From NCBI RefSeq assembly GCF_006345805.1, contig NC_043015.1:16430001-16494000 (forward strand): DNA of 64,000 nt. Direction: 5' to 3'. Numbering within the stretch: position 1 is the stretch's first letter; each line of letters opens with the position of its first letter. Shown piece by piece: positions 24,637 through 34,365 of this stretch. Position numbers and translations under genes: made by a program. The notes beneath the pieces are model-generated. The model was not told where the DNA came from. It saw only the letters and a list, made by a program, of their open reading frames with translations, and did not search any database. The DNA comes from Octopus sinensis. Taxonomy: Eukaryota.

Positions 24637-27600
24637 ATAATATTAGGGAGTAAATCCAAACTTACAGGGAAAAATTAGATTTAGGATTAAATCCAATTTT
24701 ATAGTATAAATATATATTATATTAAATTGGAGATAAAACCACTATTAGGCAAATCAAACAGTGAAAACCATAAGCCAATACATAGAAAAAATATATATAT
24801 ATATTTAAAATTTATAAGTTTAAATTATTTAAATAATTTTTAAAATTTTAACTTTAATTTAAATATTTTAATTTGGAATTTTATATTTTATATTTTTTAT
24901 ATTTATATTTTATATTTTTTAATTAATTTTTTTCTATGTATTGGCTTATGATTTTCACTATTTGATTTGCCTAATAGTGGTTTTATCTCTAATTTAATAT
25001 AATATATATATATTATTAAAGTAATAAAGTTAGTGTTTGGTCATAGAGTGACCACAAACTTATAGCCAGGGATGATAACAGTACTGACAGCAGTACTGGT
25101 GGCAATAACAGCATCCCCAGGCCTGGAGCCAACCGAAAATGCACCAGTAATGTGAATACAACCGACACCCAAACCTGGAAATATATCAGGTCAGCCAGGA
25201 CAGTGTTCAAGTGATGTCTGTACAGCCACAGGTCCTCCTTCAGAAAGATGATTCGTCACATACCTGGCCAGCTATGTGTGGTGCCTCAAAGATGAAAGGA
25301 CCCCATACAATATCAAGTGCAAGATCTTAGAATGGCCAGGACCCTACACCAACAGGAGTGTATGCTTAAAGTTGAGTAAGCTAGGATTCTCAAAGATCCC
25401 TGAAACCTGGGTCACTGAATGCTCACCAAGAAATCTTCACACCATGCATCAATTTCAAGTGCTACCTGCTGCAAGCATGGGATTCTCAGTTTGCTGACTA
25501 AGTCAGGAAGATTCCTTACAATCCAATACCAGCCCGAGGGATAAATCCTTTGGTCCCCCACTCCCCTGGCCCACAAATAGCTGATCTAGGGGAGATAACC
25601 CGTCCTCAGTAATATTGGACTATTTATTCTTTGATGACTCAATGACATTAACAGATTTCTGCCTCCCAGAAGTGAAGAGTTAAATTTGTCTTCAGATTAG
25701 AGTCTGATGAGCCATCTGCAAATCTACAGCCTTTGTGGATGCAAAACCATTGGTCACTCTATGACCATACATTAACTTTATTACTTTACTGCTCTATACT
25801 TTAGAGTGTGCTTCTTTTTGGATATATGATACATTGATGATATATATACGTATATAATAAACAAAAACATATGGATATTTAAATATTACTACATGCTTTT
25901 CCATACTATAGTTTAATTCAAGCCAAATTCTTTACATAATAAGATAACATTACATGAATTTGTATTGTTATCCACCGATAGTGATAACATGGGGTCAAAG
26001 TTTTATAGAATAATAAACCAAATTTTTTGCTTATAAGATAAGTTACCCTAGGGATAATAGCGCAATTTTTCTTGAGAGTTCATATTGAAAAAAGAGATTG
26101 CAATTTTGATGCTGGTTTAAAATAACCTTAAGGTATAGCGCTTTATTAGGTAAATCTGTTTGATTTTTAAAATTTTACCTGATCTGAGCTCAAACCAGTG
26201 AAAACTAGGTTGGTTTTTATCTTTTATATTGTTGTTTTTTTATTTAATTTAGTACAAAAGGATTGATTATAATTAATTGTGGGCAATTGATTTTTATAAA
26301 TTTATAATATAAAGTTGGCAGAAAGTATGTGAATAATTTAGGATTATTTTATATTAAGATGGCAGAATAGTGTGAAGGATTTAAGATCTTTCTATGGAAA
26401 TTTTATATATTTTCTGTTAATAATGTTTCTTGAGTTAATTTTGTATGTGGTAGTGTGTATTTGTGTGTTATTCGTGGTTGCTTTTTTTACATTGTTCAAA
26501 CAGAAATAATTAAGGTATTTTCAATTGCAAAAAGATCCTAATAAGGTTGTTTTGATAGGGCTTCCTCTCTCTTTGTCAAATGTAATTAAAACCTATATAG
26601 GCACAAGATGTGTCTGAAAGAGCAGCAACTCCAAATAAGAACTGACTCAAATTGTGATGATCCATCCAACACATACCACCTGGGAACAAAACTGATGTAA
26701 AAGAATGATGGTGGTGGTGGGGAGGAGGAGAATTATTTTATCTGAAACTTTTTTTTTCTCTCTTTCAGATCACTTCATTAATATGGTCAAACGAACACCA
26801 TGAAATTGTTTCTGGACATGGATATTCAAATTATTCTCTCTCTTTCTGGAAATATCCTTCTTTGGAAAGTGTTGGAGAATTGAAAGGTAATTAAAACTTA
26901 AAAGATTTTCCAATTTCAGATCTAGATGAATATTAATGGCAGTATTTCGTTTTTACAATCTGTCTTCCATACCAGTGCTGTTTACACAATCAATTGGTCT
27001 TCTATATAAAAAAAAAATAATCCCTTGATACCATTTTAATATTTTTGCTATCACTTTTATATCAGACCATCTGCATAGAAAACTTTTAAGAGCTGGTACT
27101 GTCTGGTAGTCATGAGTACACACTGTGTTGATTCTTTGACAATCTTCTTAAAATGCTACTCTAACATTTTCAATATTTGCTGTATAAACTTTGCTGCATT
27201 ATTGTAGAGTTTTTGAAATTCTCACTGTTGGTTATGTTTACTTTCAGTCCATTAAGCTATATTTTGCTAAAGTATGAAGGTCAGCTGAAAAGTTCATAGG
27301 CTGAGTCCCCCTTGCAGTCCGCACCCTTCTTCCAACGGTGTTGCAGTGCTTGGATCCTGTTGGTCCAAAAAGTCATCAACAGCAGATATGACACGATCAT
27401 CACTGATATACTGGTTTCCAGTCAACTGTTTTTTCATGTTAAGGAACAGATGATAGTCAGATGGGGCCAAACCAGGAGAATAGGGAGGCTGATCAGCCAG
27501 TTCAAAGCCACAGTCCTGCACAGCAGCCATTGGAAACAAGTACTTGTATACTGGAGCATCATCCTGATGAAACAAGACCCCTTTTGTCAGCTTTCCTAGG

Positions 27601-30109
27601 CATTTGGTCTTAATAACCTTTTGTAACTACCTCAGCAAGTTAGCATAATACTCTCCATTAATGGTGTGGCTCTTTTGAAGATAGATAGTCAGTAAACACA
27701 ATGCTTTTTGCATCCCAAATTACTGAGGCAGATGAAACGACCTTGGCCTTGTTTGGAACAGGTGAGGAGGGGTGTTTCCACAGCATGAATTGTCCCTTTG
27801 TCTTTGGCTCAAAGTGATGAAGCCAACACTCATCCTAGGTTAGAAAATGTTTGAGAAAACCAGCTGGATTTGCCTCATTGTCAGATTTTCCCATGATGTG
27901 ATCAGCTTTTGACCAGGTGTCAGAAGACTTGGCACCTACTGAGCAGAAACCTTCATCATGCCAAGTTCATTGCGCACGATAGTCTCAAATGTGTCACAGG
28001 ATATGCTAATAGCATTGGTTATTTGATTTATAGTCAATTGCATGCCATCCACCACTATGTGGTGAGCATGATCAATGTTTTCCTTGATAGTGGCAGTTGC
28101 AGGACATCCATATGTTGGGTCATCTTCAAGACTCTTCCTTCCTCTCCTAAATTCATGTTAGGGTACTTAAATAACCACTGATGTCAAATTTTGTCATTTC
28201 CAAGAGAAGTCACTACTAGTTACTTTTAAAGTGTTCTTTGAATAGTCAGATGTCAGTTTACCAGAAAAGAAACAATGCAGTTAATAAGAAAAGTTGAAAT
28301 TAGTGCATGCAAGATTTCACAGCTGTAGTATCACTCCTTCATAGTCAGTCTATGAACTTTTCAACCCTCACCTCTTTGTAGTATGAGATAATCATTCTGT
28401 ATTCAGTATATTCCTTATCAATCCACTCTTTAATATATATGATTTCTCTTTAGTCATTGCTTGTTTTGTTATAACTATACTGTCAGTGTTGTTACCACTC
28501 AGCTGAACCTTTGTTTCTTCCACACATGGCATGCAGAATTCAGTTGGTTCCCTTGGAACATCTAATAACCGCTTTTTAGTGTTTTTATCCTGCCGTCCAT
28601 AATCAGACAACTATCTGTTAGTGTTTTATGAGACTGCACATTACAGATAGATAAGCAGACATTCACATCCACACCCTCTCTCTCTCCCCCCTCTCTCTCA
28701 GTCACCAACAAGGAGGTAGGTGGAAAGAAAGGAGCAGGGAATTATGCCAAACAACTTTGGTAGATAAAGCTGTACTGTCTCAAATAATAAAACACTGCAG
28801 GAACCTTGTGATAGTATGGCTTGAATATAGAAAGGTATTTGATACCAGTTCACACTCATGGCAACTGAACTCACTGGCAAAAGTACTTACTGCCATTGAA
28901 TTACTCATTAAGCCCTAGTAATTGAAGTGGAATGACTGTCTTTCACTATTCCAAGGTGACAGTCTATTTGTACTTATGTTTATTTTGGTCTTAAATTTGC
29001 TGTCATTTCTTCTGTGAAAATCCACTGGCTGTGTCCTACAGTCTGCTAGTGGATAAATCTTCTGCATGCCATGGTTGTCTATCTTTGCTGGTACGAGGTC
29101 GACCTGTCTGCACTAGACAACTACAGGTAACCCAGGATGCTCCCCTGGTCATTGGCATCAATGTATGTATGTATTCACAATATGTTGATGATACTCTGAA
29201 TATTTTGCTTTGTGCATTCTCGAAGGCAATAAAGAGATTTACCAAGAGTGAGAAAATTAGATTAGCAGTGGCATGAATTATTAGCTTTAAGCAAAGAATA
29301 TATAATTTTTATGTAATATAAATGGGCACAGGCGCACCCAAAGGGTTAAAAAGTCTGTTTTCATTCATGATGTCCTGTGTTTGATCTTGGGTGTCTTCAA
29401 CCCAAGCTATGTAAGTGAAATTGGGTCCATGAGTAATTTGTGGAAGTCTATTGATGAACTGTGTTTGTAATTTAAATGCCCAACCTTGGTGTCCTTTGTT
29501 TGGTTGATTCTACTTGAGAGTGTAGGTTAAAAAGGACAAGTGTTTGTGGCATACGAAGCCATTTACACTATAATTCTATGAGGAGATAGTCCAGGTGACA
29601 GTAAAACTGGGAAAAAATTACAGCACTTAAAGACTGTAGGAGTGCTCTCCCTTTAAAATATTGATTTTTTTTTTTTATTTTTACGAATATTACATTACAT
29701 GGAAGTAGAGGTAACGAGTGCTATACAGTAAGATGACCAGTACCCGCCCATTTAAATCCTTAATATGGGATTTAGTTTTAGTTCACTTTATGTATATTTT
29801 TTCTTGCTGATATCTTGAAAAAGACAAGATTATCACATTGCTTTCCTCATCTTTTAAATGTGTGATGTTATGCTTAATCGATTCAATAATGTACAAATGC
29901 CATTTTTAATTTCTTAACTACTGAGTTATTGACAAAAATCTTTGTCTTTAGGTCACATTGCAAGAATTCTAAATCTTGCTCTTTCCCCAGATGAAAGTAC
30001 AATTGCAAGTCTTTCAGCTGATGAAAGTATCAGGCTGTGGAAATGTTTCAACACAAATAAGAAAAGCAAAGAACGTCTGACACATGGAATGTTCTCGTCA
30101 ATACGTTAA
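1125..30109 (+). CDS. CDC20: CDC20/fizzy-family APC/C co-activator, 5'-partial, 7 exons: join(1125..1250,2912..3114,9892..9986,17728..17953,23315..23440,26769..26886,29952..30109)
   Basis: All introns GT-AG with matching phases (1,0,2,0,0,1); 1052 nt plus one upstream base give 351 codons with no internal stop. Motifs DRILDAP, YHHDIR, GGNDN, WCPWQ, VSGHG, ADESIRLWKCF and a terminal IR tail fit CDC20 better than CDH1/FZR1. Confidence 0.92.
2176..2221 (-). ncRNA. Type I hammerhead ribozyme motif (family A)
   Basis: Exact reverse complement of 2585-2630. Confidence 0.85.
2585..2630 (+). ncRNA. Type I hammerhead ribozyme motif (family A)
   Basis: CCTAGA-CTGATGA-C-GAG(CAAGA)CTC-A-GAA-ACATGCATGT-C-TCTAGG: 6-bp stem I, complete core, stem II, palindromic stem III, GUC cleavage triplet (cut after 2624). 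Confidence 0.87.
2912..3114 (+). CDS. CDC20: CDC20 exon
   Basis: cctacag| ... |gtatgc; YCNLLDWSARNVLCVALG...GELQ. Confidence 0.92.
3737..5009 (+). mobile_element. Full-length decayed mariner (DD34D type)
   Basis: ~1.27 kb with degenerate TIRs; ORF 4519-5001 has FHQDNA and SPELAPSD motifs; stops and frameshifts upstream. Confidence 0.88.
5110..7031 (-). mobile_element. Tigger/pogo DNA transposon with frameshifted transposase
   Basis: 24-bp TIRs cagtcaactctc(g/a)ctactatgcca with TA TSDs; CENP-B-like HTH (ORF 6302-6838) and DDE motifs FNLDETG, LCLDN, QPMD. Confidence 0.95.
7092..7498. mobile_element. Mariner-derived MITE
   Basis: 29-bp TIRs caaggtggtatcaaaa(c/g)gttcccagacta with one mismatch; TA TSDs. 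Confidence 0.9.
7560..8022 (+). pseudogene. cob: NUMT: decayed nad6 followed by the 5' part of cytochrome b
   Basis: 7867-8020 translates FLAMHYT*YIEYLFDSLIDIMQD.NY...YIHANETPFFICL, matching cob FLxMHYT..DVNYGW..YIHANGASFFFICL with stops; upstream ...QPLSLGF-like stretch resembles nad6 (weaker). Confidence 0.75.
8199..8900 (-). mobile_element. 5'-truncated Penelope-like element (family B): GIY-YIG endonuclease remnant, 3' pLTR and inverted partial pLTR
   Basis: 8820 to ~8490 reads VYSIPYSCGRLYKGKT..KEH..SGIADHVW*..WDEFKIIDRE..KLKEA; pLTR at 8199-8380; inverted pLTR piece at 8823-8898. Confidence 0.88.
8286..8331 (-). ncRNA. Degenerate minimal hammerhead (family B)
   Basis: GACAC-TTAATGA-A-GGC..GCT-GAA-ACAT-T-GTGTT; the core carries two substitutions relative to CTGATGA. 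Confidence 0.6.
9892..9986 (+). CDS. CDC20: CDC20 exon
   Basis: Long pyrimidine tract then aag| ... |gtgagt; IWDTKTKKLLRTMYG..LSWNANVLS. Confidence 0.88.
10188..10683 (+). mobile_element. Old RTE copy, segment 1 (RT region)
   Basis: Degenerate match to 13190-13680; homology breaks after ...CSICGKCIGRNF and resumes at 14962. Confidence 0.8.
10802..10982. repeat. 27-bp minisatellite, ~5 units
   Basis: Unit attattctttcagtactctctcattat; gives a 9-aa period in ORFs 10582 and 10758. Confidence 0.85.
11322..14961 (+). mobile_element. Near full-length young RTE-clade LINE (APE endonuclease, RT, PHD finger); the 5' end may extend to ~10684
   Basis: GTLNVGTL/QEVRW/GDFNGH/SQIDY endonuclease motifs; RT with FVDMEKAFD, HQGSVLSP and YADD (13477-13488); C4HC3 finger; ~3 frameshifts; modular 3' UTR; (GAT)n tail. 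Confidence 0.95.
14962..17222 (+). mobile_element. Old RTE copy, segments 2-3, interrupted by a mariner
   Basis: 14962-15151 and 16427-17222 continue the ORF2 C-terminus and 3' tail across the mariner at a TA. Confidence 0.78.
15154..16424 (-). mobile_element. Full-length decayed mariner (second family)
   Basis: Degenerate TIRs with TA TSDs at 15152-15153 and 16425-16426; ORFs with TVQRWF, VTGDEKW and MLCVWWD. Confidence 0.88.
17728..17953 (+). CDS. CDC20: CDC20 exon
   Basis: tttctag| ... |gtaaga; GTIYHHDIR..VCGLKWS..LASGGNDN..HRAAVK. Confidence 0.95.
18873..20082 (-). mobile_element. tRNA-derived SINE (family S1, long form) interrupted by a hAT element
   Basis: Matches 33274-33570 and 60561-60924; flanks rejoin across 18936-19788. 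Confidence 0.7.
18936..19788. mobile_element. Non-autonomous hAT element
   Basis: TIRs CAGGG(G/A)TTGCCAAA; 8-bp TSD gtttagtc/atttagtc; ~30-bp subterminal repeat array at 18961-19130. Confidence 0.9.
23315..23440 (+). CDS. CDC20: CDC20 exon
   Basis: tatag| ... |gttatt; ALSWCPWQDSILASGGGSKDK..HSQ. Confidence 0.93.
24156..24438. mobile_element. Head-to-head pair of family B pLTR fragments with two degenerate hammerheads
   Basis: Inverted arms; 13-bp TSD acatttagttgga at 24143-24155 and 24439-24451; CTGATGA core on - at 24225-24231; TTGATGA on + at 24320-24326. Confidence 0.85.
24589..24632. repeat. (TA)n microsatellite
   Basis: Direct reading. Confidence 0.95.
24640..25016. mobile_element. 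AT-rich fold-back element, unclassified
   Basis: ~80-bp inverted arms 24711-24791 and 24926-25010 around an AT-rich spacer. Confidence 0.7.
25017..25790 (+). mobile_element. 5'-truncated Penelope-like element (family C): GIY-YIG remnant, pLTR with hammerhead, inverted terminal piece
   Basis: Decayed reading TWKYI..TVFK..SHRSSFR..ASYVWCLKDERTPYNIKCKILE resembles PLE endonucleases; 38-bp inverted ends at 25017-25054 and 25751-25788. Confidence 0.78.
25698..25761 (+). ncRNA. Type I hammerhead motif with a long stem II and one core substitution (family C)
   Basis: TAGAGT-CTGATGA-GC(C)ATCTGCAAA..TTTGTGGATGC-AAA-ACCATTGGT-C-ACTCTA; G12 appears as A at 25743. Confidence 0.78.
25990..26568 (+). pseudogene. 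NUMT: rrnL 3' part, trnL(tag), trnL(taa), nad1 5' part
   Basis: 16S landmarks AGTTACCCTAGGGATAA and GATCTGAGCTCAAACC; two TGGCAGAA tRNA heads with TAG and TAA anticodons; nad1 frame follows. Confidence 0.9.
26423..26568 (+). pseudogene. nad1: nad1 5' pseudogene segment of the NUMT
   Basis: ICVLFVVAFFTLFKQK*L.YFQLQKDPNKV matches AFFTLLERK.LGY.QLRKGPNKV, with an in-frame TAA. Confidence 0.88.
26769..26886 (+). CDS. CDC20: CDC20 exon
   Basis: ctttcag| ... |gtaatt; ITSLIWS..EIVSGHG..FWKYPSL..ELK. Confidence 0.94.
27275..28375 (-). mobile_element. Decayed mariner, same family as 3737-5009
   Basis: TIRs ..ctgaaaagttcataggctga and its complement; ORF 27294-27575 has FHQDDA and YSPGLAPSDY. Confidence 0.88.
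28770..28881 (+). mobile_element. RT fragment of an R4/Dong-like LINE
   Basis: RNLVIVWLEYRKVFD..HSW resembles the NLxxAWIDYxKAFDSVPHSW RT motif. Confidence 0.6.
29952..30109 (+). CDS. CDC20: CDC20 last coding exon
   Basis: ctttag|; GHIARIL..SPD..ADESIRLWKCF..FSSIR* (IR tail). Confidence 0.95.
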
Positions 30110-30148
30110 CTTATACCACATAGCTTAACAAGATTTACTTCAGGTTTG

Positions 30149-30154
30149 AATAAA
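30149..30154 (+). promoter_or_regulatory. Candidate polyadenylation signal
   Basis: AATAAA 40 nt after the stop; more copies at 30169 and 30262. Confidence 0.4.
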
Positions 30155-30918
30155 TTAGCATTACTTTTAATAAATATCCCATAGTGGATAGCAAGTTATT
30201 GTTTCATAAATGAGAGACATTCCATATTTGTTGTTTGTTTGGTTTTACATGGAAGTTATTTAATAAATATATTTAATTTCTTTTTAAATTCATTGAATGG
30301 GATGACTTTATATATTTTGTATTTTGTGAATATTGTCAGTAAGAATAGGTTTAACATCACCTTGTTAATAGTACCTATTTTAAAAATAAATCCACATGAT
30401 TAACACCTTAATTTGTTATTTTTAGTGCAATTTTCTAACAATAGCATTGTTGGTTTCAGCTTCTACAGGATCAATCCTTAGTTCACTGTGTTTCTGACAA
30501 TAAGAGAGGCAAGGAAATCTCTATAACACAATGCAGAACAAATATCTCAAAGGACTTCATTCATAAAACCTGTTATTCATTTTTCTTGCTGATGTTTATA
30601 TCCTTAATTCATATACTTATATATATAAAAGATATGCATGCACCCACACATACCCACACATACATGTGAGCAGACTCAATGGGCTTTTGCAGTTTCCATC
30701 TACAAATTTCATTCTTAGAATATCAGTCAATCTGAGACTGTGGTAGAAAATAACTGTCTAAAGAAGTGTGTGGTGAAATCAAACTTGGAGTTATATACTT
30801 GTGAAGTGAACAAGATTTGATATCTAAACGCCAGCTTTGCTAGTGAAAAAAAGAAGAAACGGCTGTTAAGGTGATGAATGCTATTCTTTTCTGGAACTAA
30901 TGAACAGGAAACTACAAA

Positions 30919-31288
30919 TCTCTATACATATATAAACGGCAAAATGTCTGTCTGTGTGTTTGTCCTTTATACAAATCTACAATTTTTCAGGTAGAGGGCT
31001 CGCACTTTCTATGGTCATTCAAAACCGTCCAAGGGTGGTCGTGCATATCTTTACATTTCCCCAGTTACCCCGCAAAGCCATTAAAAAATCAATAGAAGTG
31101 ACTTTTTTGTGAATTTTCTATCCAAAACCCAATCAAAATTCCTGAAACTTGATACGCCAATTGAATGCCAGCTAGCTGTATGTGATTGGTCGGAGATTTG
31201 GACAGTACTCACATGTATGTGAGCACGCACACAGCTGTATGTGCATGCACTAGCACTATGGCCCGGCAACGCCAGGTCATAGTGCTAG
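30919..31288 (+). mobile_element. Non-autonomous Helitron
   Basis: 5' TC after A; 3' GC-rich hairpin ending CTAG before T; no TSD. Confidence 0.82.
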
Positions 31289-31355
31289 TTTTTAATTAAA
31301 ACAATCACTGAAATTTGAAAATAATGATATGACTCCAACTGTTTGCATTAATAAT

Positions 31356-31544
31356 GGTTTCAAATTTTGATACAGGGCCAACAGTTTTTGAGGGGAGGGT
31401 GAAGTCAGTTGCATTGATCCCAGTATTCAGCTGCTACTTGTTTTATCAACGACAAAATTGGTCTTGGCAGAATTTGAACTCAGAATGTAAAGACAGATGA
31501 AATGCCACTAAGTATTTTGTCCATTCTGCCAGCTTGCTGCCTTA
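31356..31544 (-). mobile_element. SINE family S2
   Basis: Matches 56004-56206. Confidence 0.75.
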
Positions 31545-31744
31545 GATCACATTAATAATAATAATAATGATAATAATAAAAAGCGATGACATCACTCCTT
31601 TGATCTCTTTAATAATAAAAAAGGGTACATCAGTCTATTTGATTCTTTTAATAATAAAGGTAATAGTTCTTTAAACTTTCTCCAGCCAATTGTTATTTTA
31701 GCAACTTTACTTCCAGAGATCCTCCTCCACTGTTAATTAGATCA

Positions 31745-32165
31745 CCTAGGTAACAAAAATGATTTACTACCTCTAGACATTCCAGAACATCTGTTTCCCA
31801 TGTATTCTTATTGTTTATTGCACCTATTCATTTGTCACAAACACTATTAACCTTCCTGTAATCCCACTGCATCTCTTATGTGTCCATAGTTTGTAACGAG
31901 TACACCAATTGGAATTTCTACAAACACCTCTTCTACATATAGAATAGGGCTGTTTACCTGAAGGGATTAACATTCCGTGTGTTTTCCTGCTGATTAGAAC
32001 TTTGGTCTTTGCTAAGTTAATTTTAAGGCTCTTCGGTTTCAGGTTTTGCTTCCATACTGAAATTTCATTTTCAGTTCTACTACAGTTTCAGCTATATGTT
32101 ATTTGTGTCTTTGTTGGGTGTCCTTCTTGATACTAACCTGTAACTGTTTTCAAGAGACCTTTGCA
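31745..32165 (-). mobile_element. Decayed RTE ORF2 fragment
   Basis: Minus strand reads ..INLAKTKVLISRK..KLWTHKRCSGITG. Confidence 0.75.
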
Positions 32166-33273
32166 GGAAGTTCTCATAACATTAGAATATTCTGTGTATG
32201 TGTGGGTGTAGTTCAAATTTACAGAAAACAAAAGACAAAGACAGGATGATGGAGCAACAAACAGGCATATTAGCTTGATGAATTATCTTCTTTCAGTTTC
32301 TGCCTACTAAATCCATTCACAAGGTATTGGTTGGCTCAGTGTTATAGAAGATACATCCCCAAGGTGCTGCATAGTGGAACTGAACTTAACTATACAAGCC
32401 ATACCAGCACTCATATCTTACTGTATTGACCAGACTATCAGATGTGATATACACCACTCATCACAATGCACTTCCTCACATTGTTCTACTTTCTGGATGC
32501 TGCTGCTCTCCTGGCTTGGTAGACAGGCCAATAGTCTGTCACAACATTACCAATTTACAGCTGAGTATATATATATTCTATGATGACTTGAAAAGCTTTA
32601 TTTGACTGAGATTATCTACTGAATATGTATTTTGCAGAACGCTTTCATGAGGCATTTTTGCTCAACCTTATAGTTGATATTCATTGTCAGTATGGATGGA
32701 ATATAAAAACTAATTAATTGATGAAAGGTATGGACAAATTTCAAAGTCATTAGATCTCATTAGGAAAGCATATTCACTTCAGTTGATGAGGCTTTAAAAT
32801 GTTTATATATATATAAAAGTGTAAGTGAAACTAGTGATACTGAATAAGAATATCCACTGTGAAGGTGAGGGAAAAAATAATTCATGGAAGTTCAGAATTC
32901 TAAATACACACATCATCTTCATTTAATGTCCACTTTTCCATTCTTGTATGAGTCAGACAAAATTTGTTGAGGCGGATATTTCTCTATCCAGATGTCCTTC
33001 CAGTCATCAACCCTCACCTGTCTCCCTTTTTGGTCAACCCACCCTGAGCTATTTTCTCTCAGTCATATTTTAGCTATTTGTAATCAGTGTCACTACTTTG
33101 TATTTCCTACTTTTTACATTTTTACCTTTCTTCTCACAGTTAGGCTTTCTAATATTGAAATCTATTTCAGTCCTTCTTCACACTGAGCATAAAGTATATG
33201 TTGAGCCATCAAAAGCACATATATTCAAATTAAGCTATCTTCTATGGTAACAGCTTAATTTATGCTTTATATA

Positions 33274-33570
33274 GCAGGTGTAACTGTGTGATTAAGAAGT
33301 TTACTTCCCAACCACATGGTTCTGGGTTCAGTCCTGGCATATGGCACCTTGGGAACGTCTTCTACTATAACCCTGAACCAACCAAGGCCTTGTGAGTGGA
33401 TTTGGTATATGGGAAACTGAAAGAAGCCCATATATATATATGTGAGTTAGTGAATGTATGTATGTTTGTATCTCTGTCTTGACACCCACCATATGACAGT
33501 TGTAAATGATTGCCAAAGTCACATAGACAGTGTCATTCATTTCCAATATTCTGCAAAAACATGTCTGATC
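33274..33570 (+). mobile_element. tRNA-derived SINE family S1
   Basis: B-box-like GGTTCAGTCC and CORE-like ggcaccttggg body; further copies near 17500, 30670, 32290, 33650 and 46870. Confidence 0.75.
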
Positions 33571-34365
33571 ATTCTCTCTGACCATGCAAACATGGAAAAG
33601 AGGACATTGAAATGTCTATGACGATATAAAAACAATGAATTTCTGCATAGTTTTCTTGAATCAAATTTCAATCACAAGGTAATGTTGATCATGAGACTCT
33701 TGCCAGAAGTGCCATACAGTGAGAATGAACCTGAAACCATATTGTTGTGAATCAAAATTCTTAACCACACAATCATGTCTTTTAAGGATACATGTATACA
33801 CTCACACACACACACAAATTCACATAGGTTCATAAGCACAGATAATTATGAATTTATCATTAACTCATCCAACAATATGATTTTCTGCAAGTGACCCGAC
33901 TTATATTTGGTTACATTGATTGTTTAATTTACTTAAAGAAACAAAAAAAAAATAATGTTGTCTTTCTTCTGTTAGGGAAAATTTATTAAATTAGTCAAAT
34001 AAAATGGGTTTGAAATTACTAGCCAGAATCCAGATGTTTACTGGAGAAGAATGTGTAATATCAATTATAATTTAAATTGTATTTTGGTGGGGGAAAACAA
34101 AAAAGAGGAAAACAAGATATCAACAAAAAATATATATGTGCCTTGTCACTTGAAGCAGCTCTGATATGGATAAATTGAAAGTATGTAATTTTAGATGGTT
34201 TAAAATTGTAAATACTTTTTTCGTTTGTTTATTTATTGATTGTTCCTTGTTTTTTTAAAAAAATAGAATTTATCAGCAAATGAGCTGGATGTCTAATCCA
34301 TAACGAGACTATAACACTTTTTTAAATGGTGCTTCCCAAACCAGAGCTGCTGACAGTCTTTCATA

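Noticed and set aside
26309-26420. Leucine tRNA genes
   Set aside because: They are mitochondrial-type, decayed and part of the NUMT, not functional nuclear tRNAs
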